The notes: a model not told the origin generated them from the letters alone. A DNA stretch of 64,000 nt from Tubulanus polymorphus (GCF_964204645.1 NC_134031.1:11286088-11350087); one strand, 5' to 3'. Shown: positions 25,844 to 36,223, numbered from the stretch's first letter. Numbers and translations are program-made.

Positions 25844-26455
25844 TTATTTTATACATTTATATTCATAGGGAAATTGTAATCTCAGTAATAATTTTGAACC
25901 TTTATTATTCTTTAATTTATTCATATATTCATCATGTAATTCAGTAGGTATAATTTGATTTTCTTCCAATGATTGTTGCATAGATTTTTTATCTTTGTTA
26001 TAAAATAAAACTAGAAATCGTATATTCTCCCTAAAGTCTTTAACAATTGAATAATATTTTTGATTTAAAACCCATGTTGTTATCCCAAAATGTCTCCCAG
26101 AGAAAGCTAGATAACATAATTCACTTTCTCTAACTTTTGAATCATGTAAATTTGCGCAATCATCTATAATGAATAATGTATTTGATCCTTTATAAATATC
26201 AATTGCTATTTTTATACAATTATCTAAATTTTCTTTTACTGTTTTAGGATCTAATATGATAAACTTTTTCATCTTAACTATATCTCTATTATATGTTTCA
26301 TTCATTTCATAAGTAGGACAAAAGAATATTATGTTATCAAAATGATTCTTATAAATAGTTTCTAACAAATCTAATATGAAATGTGTTTTACCACAATTGG
26401 TTACTCCAGTAACTAACATATTATGCGGTTCAAATATAAATAAATCTTTATTCAT
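25844..26455 (-). CDS. A32/FtsK-like genome packaging ATPase
   Basis: Walker A LVTGVTNCGKT, Walker B FIIDD, FSGRHFGI and Q..R.N motifs; intact. Confidence 0.92.
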   Translation of the reverse strand: MNKDLFIFEPHNMLVTGVTNCGKTHFILDLLETIYKNHFDNIIFFCPTYEMNETYNRDIVKMKKFIILDPKTVKENLDNCIKIAIDIYKGSNTLFIIDDCANLHDSKVRESELCYLAFSGRHFGITTWVLNQKYYSIVKDFRENIRFLVLFYNKDKKSMQQSLEENQIIPTELHDEYMNKLKNNKGSKLLLRLQFPYEYKCIK

Positions 26456-27530
26456 TTATTCTTTTAATTTTACTAGATAAAATCCATTCATTAAATTTAT
26501 CATCGTATCCTTTATATTTCACCAAAGAATACTTTTTTCCTTTAAGAGTTTTTGTTTTCAATACTTTTTCTATTTTGTATTCTATTTCATCTGGGTTTGG
26601 TACAAGTGATAATTCTTGTTCATAGAAATAACCTAATATTTCTTCATCTTTTATATCTTCTAATTTATAAACAAAAGGTTTAGTTAATATTATCCTTTTA
26701 ATCTTAAATATTTCTTCTGTAAAATTTGGGGTATAACCTTTATAAAAGGTTTTTCTATATTTAGATATTCTTACGTGTTGTCCAATTTTGGATCTAGGTT
26801 CTCCGAAATCATGTGTAACAAATGCGCCATATAAATTATTCCAAACTATTTCTGAATTATCTTCTTTTTTAGCTTGTATAGGTTTCATATTTATAGAACT
26901 ATGTTTAGAATTATTATAACCTTTCACCAAATCATCTAACACATCGATATATTTATATGTTTCATTAGCAGTAAAATATTTCCACATTCTAGTTTTCAAT
27001 GTTTTATTAAATCTTTCTATAATAGATGCTTTTTTATCTGAATGTGTTGAAAAATAATCTACATCGTTATCAGATAATAGTTTTTTGAAATGTTTGTTAT
27101 AAAATTCCTTACCTTCATCAAATTGTATCTTATCTGGAATAGCTTCTTTAAATATTGATTTAAAAGCATTTGTCACTTCTATTCCAGTTTTATTTTTGAT
27201 TGGAATTGGCCATGCGTATCTACTGAATATGTCTATAACATTCAGTATCCAGAAATATCCTTTGTTGTATTCTTCTAAGTTCTTCATGTCAATTAAATCT
27301 GCTTGCCATTGTTGTTCGATATACGAAACCATAACTTTTCTTGTTAAATAAGTTTTATCCATTTTCTTATGAATTTGATAAGTTGGTTGATTTTGTAACC
27401 ATGATTTCAATTCACTATATTTTATATTACCATTATCAGATTTAATTTAATTCCATAATTCTGAAACGCTAGAATATGATACTTCACTTTCTGGGTTATA
27501 ATATAAATCTCTTAAATATTGTTCTTTAGT
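26448..27530 (-). CDS. int: Retroviral-like (rve, DDE) integrase with C-terminal chromodomain; N-terminus disrupted upstream of ~27445
   Basis: WQADLID, QFDEGKEF, IERFNKTLK; chromo-like YKIEKVL..LVKYKGYDDKFNEWI. The upstream YYNP..YSSV fragment is out of frame. Confidence 0.92.
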
Positions 27531-27879
27531 TTATTTAGTTTCAATGACTTTATGATTTGACTTATTTTCTGGTATGAAAGGTTTATTATTATTGGAATCA
27601 TCTTTATCATCAGATTTGAATTTTGATTTATATATTACACCGGATAATATAATAACTGTTACTAATCCAATTGTAATATATAATTTATAATTACTTCCAG
27701 CATTAGAAGAATTAGATGGATTATTATTTGAATCAATATCAGATAAAGTCTGTGATTCATTTATATCAGTTAATTTCTTTTTCTTAGCTTTTTTTTAATT
27801 CTGAAGATCTTTTACCTGATTCTCTTGCCCATTTAATTTGTTTCTCGGATCTAGCCTTTTTCTTAACTCCATCACTCAT
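27531..27879 (-). pseudogene. Small basic viral protein with one TM helix (+1 frameshift in the homopolymer run near 27790)
   Basis: 8 T here versus 7 T in the open copy at 1-303. Confidence 0.65.
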
Positions 27880-28480
27880 TTATTTTAGTTAATTTTTGTT
27901 CTGATTCATTTTCTGTTTCGACGTTTGGTTGTAGTTCATCTGTTTCGTTCTTACCTGATTTATATTCCATAGGTTTGATGTTCGAAAATGTTATGACGCC
28001 AGTAGAAATTAATGTCATAACCGATCCTAATTGAAATGAAGCATAACCAACCCATTTTTGTAATTCAGTCATAACTAAGTAGTCATTTTTCAAATCACTA
28101 TATAATTTATTTTCATCATCAATTGGTATTAACTGGTTACATAACTTAGAATAACATTTGACAATACCATCAAAAATAGAATCATTTATTCGGGCCAATC
28201 TTGACTCTTCATAAATCTTAAAATATTTTATTACTTTATCTGGTTTCATAGAGTCAAATTCTTGAAAAGTTATTATTTTCCCGATAAACTGATTACATTT
28301 ACCACTAGCAATTAATAATTCTAGATGGTGCTTACAATATAAATAGTATTCATAATCAATATTACAATTAACTTGAATATTATTTTCAATTTTGGTTGGA
28401 ATATCCTTATTATCACTAATGCCCAAATCATCTAATGTTTTTTCAATATCAATACTATTCTTATTAGATTTCTTTGACAT
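27872..28480 (-). CDS. Viral hypothetical protein (202 aa)
   Basis: Intact, TAAATG start, conserved in the second copy. Confidence 0.75.
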   Translation of the reverse strand: MSKKSNKNSIDIEKTLDDLGISDNKDIPTKIENNIQVNCNIDYEYYLYCKHHLELLIASGKCNQFIGKIITFQEFDSMKPDKVIKYFKIYEESRLARINDSIFDGIVKCYSKLCNQLIPIDDENKLYSDLKNDYLVMTELQKWVGYASFQLGSVMTLISTGVITFSNIKPMEYKSGKNETDELQPNVETENESEQKLTKINE

Positions 28481-29083
28481 TTATATTAGAGAAAAAAAGC
28501 AAAAAAAATATTATAAGTATTCTTCAAATGATACTAGTATCTCTTTAGGTTAATACTAAATTGACTAGGTTAGTTAAAGTTAAAGAATTTCTATTCAAAA
28601 CTATTCAAAATCTATTCAATCTAATGTCAATTAGAATTACCAAACGAAAATATTAAAAATATAATAGAATTCACTAGCTAGTTGAAGTTATTGTTTTTTT
28701 TTAATATATTTTTTTTAAATTAGGATTTAGATTATCACCATGTGGGTGCCGTACGGCACCATCTCACTACCATTGTTTATCTATAGGAGCAGTAACTATA
28801 ACTGTCCAGATAAGTCATTTCGGATTCTCGATAATAAATCCTAAAACTGAAAATAAATTCAAAGAAACGACTGGTGGAAATATTATTTCATAAACACATA
28901 TATTTATTATGTAAATTTTAGCGATCGATAATAGAACAATGGAGAACAATAGAAAAGCGGTCCAATCTGACCGGTTATTGCGCAATACTTAGTTAACAGT
29001 AAACAATACAATATTAAAACAGATATATACAATCGAGATTACATTTTTGATATCTATGTTACAAAGACCTTCAGTGTTATAAT

Positions 29084-29808
29084 CTATAATTTTGTCCAGA
29101 ATTCTTTAATTACTGGATTGTTTCCAATCATTTCTTCAATTTCTGGTAAATATCTGACTACTTCACTAAATGCTAATCCTAATATTTTGAATTTTTCATA
29201 TTTTATTAATCTACCTACTCTTCTCAGTTTTCTTTCAAAACCAGCACTGATATCTATGTTCTTTTTAACCCACAGCCCCCAAGAAATCCCCGCAGTTTCT
29301 TTATCAAACATTGTAAACCCTATATTTAGATAACCCCCGAAAATGATGTGGTCCCATAGGTGATTTGCTTTTCTATTTAATATGGTTTTATAACTTTTTT
29401 TTAAGATATCAGTAATTTCAGCAAATGAATTAACTTCTACACTTTGTATTTCCGGAAAGTTTAAATGTTCTGTGTCAATGATTAATTTAGATTTTACTCG
29501 TTCAACTCTTCTCCACTCATTTTCTTAGTTTTCGATTCTTTGAGTCCCAACAGCAATTTAAGTCGCGTTGCTGGTAATTTTGGTAATTGTAGTTCGCGCG
29601 GTTATTGTTTATTATGTATTACATCGCTCAGAATTTTCACCATTTCTTGATGATAGTTCAAATGTTCTTGTAATGTTTGTGATGTTTGTTCGTCAATTAC
29701 GAGAGTTTCATCCTCCATTTCTATTGATTCCTGAGTTTCACTATCTATCGTTTCTGGTTCCTCATCCGTTTGTTGGCTTGGAATTTCTGGTTGATCTCTG
29801 TATTCCAT
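29084..29808 (-). pseudogene. Viral hypothetical protein (~240 aa) broken by a stop at 29602 and a frameshift near 29522
   Basis: ORFs 29602-29808 and 29084-29311 can be joined through KQ*PRELQ...KTKK / EWRRVERV...DHIIFGGYL. Confidence 0.55.
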
Positions 29809-30268
29809 TTTAATTTAAAAGATGTCGTGAAAATGAATTACTGTACTTAAATATGTTTAAAGGTTTCCCTACTTCATAATAACTACAAAAAACGGTACTT
29901 ACATTTAGATTTAGAACAGTAAACTGTGTTTTGAGAGAGAATATCCAATACGTACTATGTATGTGAAAGTTGATTTCTAACTGCCGACGTGGCGCACGTT
30001 CGACCAAACTAATTACTTCTGCACAGATGTTCTTTATGATGAAGTTAATTAATTCTTTAGAATTGAAATCAAGATATATTTGGCAACATATGTTTTAGTA
30101 GTAAGCAAAAGCTATGTATTATATACATACAAAGCTCAAATAGAATTGCCAGCTTTCTAACCACTGATCAAAACCTCAGAATGCGGTTGATTCTGTGAAA
30201 TACTATTCCATAATTCAACAAATGTCTTTGCTTCATCCAGTTGATCTAAATATAACTGTAAATCTAGT

Positions 30269-30823
30269 TTATTGTTTAATTATTTTTTCCTTCTTTTCTA
30301 AAGGTCTTAGATTCTTCCAATTCCAAATAAGTTTTTTATTGTATTCATCATTCATGTCAAATTTAGAAATCGGCAACACGTGATCAATATGAAAGTATTC
30401 ACCATAATTATCTATATTCATTTTATCATCGAATTGAAATATAATCCATGATTTGAGAAATTCATCTGAACAACCCAATAGATTAGATAGTGTTTCTGAA
30501 TGTGTTTCTTTGTTGAATAATTGTGTTAATCTAGATCTTAAGCATTGTTTCAATCTAAAATTAAGATCTGTTTGATATCTTACTCTCATATATTCTGTCA
30601 TATAATCATTATAAGCTTCTCTATTATCTTCTCTATATTGTTTGGTATATAGTTTAAAACAAGTTTTACAGCAATATTGAAAACCATCTTTGCTAATCTT
30701 ACGCTTACTAAATTCTGTTAAAGCTAATTTATCTAATTCACATTTAGAACACTTCTTGTAATATATATTTATAACAGCAGTGTTATTTGTAATATTGATA
30801 ATTTGTGGTTGTTCTGGTTCCAT
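30269..30823 (-). CDS. HNH/endonuclease-VII-like nuclease of the giant-virus/phage type (C-terminus possibly frameshifted)
   Basis: KKCSKC..EF..DG....CKTC zinc ribbon, RL..RSRL, LLGCS, NYG..FHIDHVLP, NWKNLRPL. Confidence 0.8.
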   Translation of the reverse strand: MEPEQPQIINITNNTAVINIYYKKCSKCELDKLALTEFSKRKISKDGFQYCCKTCFKLYTKQYREDNREAYNDYMTEYMRVRYQTDLNFRLKQCLRSRLTQLFNKETHSETLSNLLGCSDEFLKSWIIFQFDDKMNIDNYGEYFHIDHVLPISKFDMNDEYNKKLIWNWKNLRPLEKKEKIIKQ

Positions 30824-31057
30824 TTATTATACGTATTTTTTACTAAATTGGTTAATATTTTAGAATCCTCTTCTATTTCTTCAACCAACGTCATCCTTTT
30901 TCATTCCTCGCTGCTTTTGATAAGTCGTTTCGATTCCTTGATATCTAAATAATACCACTGGGCAAAACCGCGCGTTCGTGCACAGTTTTGCTCAATGCGC
31001 ATGCGCTAATCATAATTATATATAATTATGTAAATAGAAACAACCGACATGAAATAT

Positions 31058-31285
31058 CTAAATCATATCCTTGATATCAAATTCCTCAACGTATTGTTCA
31101 TTATTTGGATCATTATTCCATAATTCAATAAATTTCTTTGCCTTTGTTAACTGTTCTGAATATAACTGTAAATATTCTAGTTTCAATTCATTCTCTAAAT
31201 GTGTTTTAGTTTTATTGTGTCTTGCTTTTTGGGATTTATCTATATTGATATTACATGTTGGGCAGTAGTACTTATTTGCTTCCAT
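31058..31285 (-). CDS. Small C2H2 zinc-finger protein sharing its first 38 aa with pPolB
   Basis: Starts in the right TIR; 37 of 38 residues identical to the pPolB N-terminus; unique tail conserved in the second copy. Confidence 0.75.
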   Translation of the reverse strand: MEANKYYCPTCNINIDKSQKARHNKTKTHLENELKLEYLQLYSEQLTKAKKFIELWNNDPNNEQYVEEFDIKDMI

Positions 31286-31595
31286 TTTAATACTAAAATT
31301 TTTATTAAAATTGATTTTAGAAGTTATTCATTTATATTTTGTTCATATATATGAATATTTTTAGAGTAATAGGGAATATCTTGTTTCATATCAAAGGTTG
31401 AAAGGGCTAGTGAGTAAAAAATGAAAAATATGAAAATAATAATAATTTCTATTTGAATTAGGAGTGAAACTCATATAAAATGAAAAATAAATTCGAGTGT
31501 GCGAGAATTATTTTTCATTTTATATGAGTTTCGCTACTAATTCAAATAGAAATTGTTATTATTTTCATATTTTTCATTTTTTACTCACTAGCCCT
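31172..31595. repeat. Right TIR (424 bp) ending in a 193-bp palindrome (31403-31595)
   Basis: AGGGCTAGTGAGT...ACTCACTAGCCCT fold-back with 3 mismatches and 1 bulge; loop GAGTGTGCGA. Confidence 0.95.
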
Positions 31596-31982
31596 GAGGA
31601 CCCATTTTCTGTGACTGGAGCCGGTCATCTCCAGTGGAAAAGTAAAGAAACAAATGCACTGTATTCAAATATAACCATCCAAACAACGGACGCAATACTG
31701 ACAAAATGGTTAACGGATGCGGAAAGTTGTGTAGCCTAGTGTCAAATGTGTACCTGGACTCTGCTTCGCTGCGAATATCATCTGCCAGTTCAGGAAGTAG
31801 CGGAGAGGCTGATGTGTGCCGTCTGTGCTGTCGTCTGGTATCGAAGTGTGGTGGAACGTCGAACATTACATCATTGTATCGATAAAACGAGGTATTTTGA
31901 CTTCTCGCAGATCAAATGCGTGACCATTTTCAAACTTCGAGGCATTTTTGTCGGTTTCCAGGCAGCATGGACAAATTCTGTT

Positions 31983-33311
31983 TCAAGTGTATTCGGGCGC
32001 CATCCTGATCGGTGCGCGACGTCTCGGCTCTTGTAGTTGATTAAGTATCGACGGATTAAGGCTAGTTATCCCTCCGAACCGTAACCAAATTCGAGTAAGA
32101 CGAACGCGGCTAGGGTGGTTCTTATAATCGTTGCAAGATATTACTTCTTTACGTAACCATGATAAATGGAAATGAAATTGTTTGGAATTAAATTCCGTGT
32201 AAAAATCACCAGAATGGGAGACACCGATATAGTCCGGAAGGTTTTTTATCAAGGTGCAATTGTGAGAGGACACATTGACTGGCACGGGCATTGCAGAAAC
32301 GGAATAGACGTTAAAAATAGTGCTGGTTTCTGATATTGGAAATTTTACGTAGATGTATATCGCCTTGTCAGTCCTCGTATAGAGAACGTTTCGAACTTGA
32401 TAGTAATGTCCTGGATTTGAATATGAAATTGTGAATCCAGGATAATGTGTAGAAAGGAGATCTCGGATCGTACCGATCGTTTTTGAAATTATATGCGATG
32501 GAACCAGATTGATCGGTAGATACCCATCAATTAGGTTTTGCACGCCGGCCAGCCATTTGTGTCCCTCCATAGAATATTGTGCAGACACCTCTAGCACCGA
32601 GGAAAAATACTGGAAGAAATCACTCATGGCCAGCAGTGAAGCTTCCATGTCCGAGATCCGTACCCTGTTTTGTCCGGCGAATTGGGAGAGTTTGATAAGG
32701 TTATCCTGGATATTATTGATGAGAGCGTGATTGTTTCGCACACCCTCAACAATGTTATCCAGGCGGGATGATGTCACATTCATAAAGGAGGACATCTCCC
32801 TACCTTGACGAATGACTTCGTTTTTAACCAATTCAGAAGCTTTTTCTAATCTGCCTATGTGGCTCCGGATCTCGCTCACTTCGCTTTCAGTGGCTGTACC
32901 AAACATAACTTTGACACGCTTCCAAAAAAAGTTAAAAAGTCCGCGTTTGGATCTGTGGCCAGAAGAGGTTTGGTACATCCAAGCCGGCATGAGTGATTTT
33001 ATTTCGTTCAAGGTTGTCTCAAAACTAGCCGCCGAGTTGTTTCTCTGCTTTGCTAGAGCTATTATTGCCTGCTGCAGGTACTGGCATGCCCTGTCCGGAT
33101 TAGAAGGACAGTCAGGTGTTTTAAAATGCGGCAGCGGATACCGAAGCCAGGGAATAGAATATGTGTGGCTCCATACGGAGCCAGCATTGTCAACCTGTCC
33201 CTGTTCCGTAAACAGGACTCCATAGTCCTTTCGAAGAATTACTTTCTCCGCAACCTATTCCGTGCCAGCACCCACTATCAGGGTTAAGATGAGTAGATTA
33301 ATTGTACTCAT
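31983..33311 (-). pseudogene. env: Gypsy B envelope, baculovirus-F/errantivirus-type class I fusion protein (stop at codon 19; C-terminal TM part missing)
   Basis: Signal peptide MSTINLLILTLIVGAG, furin site RSKR followed by fusion-peptide-like GLFNFF..VMFGTAT, heptad repeat, GYLPINLVP. Confidence 0.85.
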
Positions 33312-36206
33312 GGTCTGAAATGACAAGGAAAACAAGACCTGTAACAGAAAAGATCGATGAAATTACTATTTTAGTGGTTGTTCTTCTCAAAATTACAGGT
33401 GACACTTTCTTACTTATGATATAAGGACCATGATTAGGATGAAGCAGCTTCTTAGTCAGACCCTTAATGCTTTTTGAATTGTGAAGCCAAACAAAGTCAC
33501 CCTCCGCGTATACCGGTTCCGTGACTTTAAAACGCCTATCGTGTTGAAGTTTGGTTCTTTCCTGTGTTTGTTCCAAATTTTCTTTTGCCCATTTTCTGGC
33601 CTGACTTAGATTGTCCGCGGTCTCTTTAACCCAGTCATGAGCTGTATAAAATTCATGTTCGGGTGGTAAAAGTGACGTGTCAGTAGGCATTCGGGCTTCA
33701 CGGCCATGCATAAGGTAAAATGGTGTATACGCGGTACTCTTTATGACTGACGTCCTGTAAGCAAAAAGTAATGGTTGGATGAAATCATCCCAATCGGTTT
33801 GGTGCATATTACTGAACATACTGATTCCTTGTACCAAGGTACCGTTGTATTTCTCTGTGAGTCCGTCTGTACAAGGGTGATATGCTGAAGTTCGCGCTTG
33901 TTTCGTACCACAAAGCATGCATAACTCTTTAACTAAGGCCGATAGGAAGTTAGTGCCTCTGTCACTTAAAATAGTACCTGCTGCACCATGTCTACAAAAT
34001 TACTCGTCGAAAAGTAGTCGAGCAATGACTGGGGCTGTTATAGATTTCGTCGGGAACGCTTCAGCCCACCTAGTTAGGTAATCGGTAATCACTACTATAT
34101 ATCGGTTTCCTCGTTTTGAGGGGTGAATAGGACCAATACAGTCTATAGCAATTCGATCGAATGGCGTTTCCACTGCCGGAATTGGTATTTGAGGGGCTAT
34201 GACTTTATGCATGGGGACCTTTTTGGTATTGCACGGGATACATGATTACACCCAATGTAGAATGTCATCATACATCCCAGGCCAATAATATTTCGATCGT
34301 ATCTTGTCATATGTCATATCAAAACCAAAACGGCCACCCGTGACATCGTCATGATAGGCAGTCAGGATGTCCTCTCTGAGGGCGACAGGTAGATAGATCT
34401 GAAACTGCGGTGCATTCATTAGGCCCTTAGACGACCGTCTCAGTTTTCGACATAGTAAGCCATTTGGCCGGAGAGAGTAAAATTCTGACAATAACATGAC
34501 TTCGCGGGCTACCTTATCGTTGGCCGGTAGTTCGCGTGTACCCAAATATTTGATAGGATCCCATGCGTAAGGGTCATCGCGTTGTGCTTGGCTCATTACT
34601 GATATAGTGTCTCGCGGAGTTTCAGTGGTTGGGACAACATCTGGATCTGTATCTATAGCGTTCACGTATTGGCGCCTAGATAGGGCGTCGGCGTTGCTAT
34701 AGACGCGGCCAGCACGATGGATGATTTCCATATCGTATTCTTGAAGGGTCATCGCCCAACGGCAAAGGCGACCTTGGGGTTCCTTCAGTGACATAAGCCA
34801 TCTTAATGCGCCGTGGTCCGTGACCACACGAAATCGCCGTCCGTGGAGGTAGGGCTTAAATCTCTTAATGCCTTCCATAATGGCAGCCATTTCACGCTGT
34901 GTCGTATCCCAATTTCGCTCTCTTGGAAGAAAGTTGCGACCACCATATGCTATAACATGTTCCATGTTTTCCATTAATCTTTCAAAAGTATTTTGATTTG
35001 TTAGATTCTACTGATTTCGCTTTATCAGAATCGCTTATTATGTTTAAAGGCGCGGTGGATAGATATCCAAGTGTTGTATTCTTATATAATTTGATAGATT
35101 TGACAGTCGGATTACATATCCGGAAGGGAACAGTTCTGTTTTGTACAGTGGCAACCACTTTTGCTCCAATAAGATTCTTCTTATTAAGCCTAGTGTTCGG
35201 TTCAATTATACACTCGGTGCCATCTTCTACGTTCTCCAACACTTTAGCCGGTATAACAACTTCAGAAAATGGGGGGAATGGTTTCGGTCTCTTGTACACA
35301 AACACGAGTCTCATGGACAAGATCGTACTGTTTTTGTAAAGTCACCGGTTCTGTCCCCGGGAATCGTACAGTACCCGTACCTAAATCTAATATGGCACCA
35401 TGCGGTGTTAGAAAGTCCATTCCTAGTATAATATCATAAGTTAGATCAGCTGCAACTTGAGCTTTTATCTCAAATTTCCCCTGTCCAATCTCAAGTTCAA
35501 AATTTGTAGTACCTAAAATATTGATCGGAGATCCATTGGCTGAATGTACATTAGCACAACCTCCGCCATTTAATTTCTTATCTTTAAAATAGCTAATACG
35601 TTTGAACATCGAGTGGCTTATTACCGTAATTCCGCTTCCACTATCGACTAATACAGTGACCGCATGTTCGCCTATTTTTCCATGAAGGGAATTCGCTACA
35701 GAAGCCAGAATAGTTCGGGAAGCATCTTTATGACAGAACCAATAAGACATTTGATGTAACACATTTTGAAAACAGTGAATTATTTCATAAGCATAACCCC
35801 AATAAATCACTACGAACGACGACACGTAATATATCAAAGAGCATGTAATTGGTGAACAAACAGATGATGCCTTGACTATGAATAAGTGCAAAAGTTGCAT
35901 TCCTGAATATAGGTAGCAGACTACGGTACGAACACATGTTACTGTTAGTGAACACAACATAGTGCCAATGACCAACATGTAAATAAATAACTGAGATAAT
36001 AGGTAACATGATATTCTGAACATTCCCTGTGTCAGAGCCGAGAAGTGAAAGTATGGATTATCGATTTGTGATATTTGTGATTGACTGATAGGTTTGTTGT
36101 TTACAACAGCTGGTTCGTGAATAGGGTGTAGTTTGTGGACTTTTGGAGGCATGTGGTGTTGTACGGAACGAGTGGGGTTTGCAATTTTTAGCCCGCTTAT
36201 ACCCAC
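33298..36206 (-). pseudogene. pol: Gypsy B pol: protease, RNase H (partial), integrase; RT absent
   Basis: VLVDSGSG/IILGMDFL; IAYGGR..ERNW..QREM, VVTDH, NADALSR; RIAIDCIGP, SAYHP.TDGLTE, HGPY. No YxDD region between the post-protease spacer and RNase H (junction ~34980). Confidence 0.92.
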
Positions 36207-36223
36207 TGTATGACGGGCCGAAT

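Larger units (their letters stand above)
14498..31595. mobile_element. Polinton/Maverick (adintovirus)-like endogenous dsDNA virus, ~17.1 kb
   Basis: TIRs, pPolB, penton, MCP, A32-like ATPase and rve integrase. Compact, intronless, AT-rich genes lie in two converging blocks. Confidence 0.95.

Noticed and set aside
16475-31268. Short antisense ORFs overlapping viral genes (e.g. 16475, 18132, 22374, 22657, 23286, 25167, 31071)
   Set aside because: They are shadows of real genes on the opposite strand, with no motifs or start context.
14498-31595. AAV/pox-style flip-flop terminal resolution
   Set aside because: All three visible termini show the same hairpin isomer, so there is no evidence for flip/flop here (small sample).
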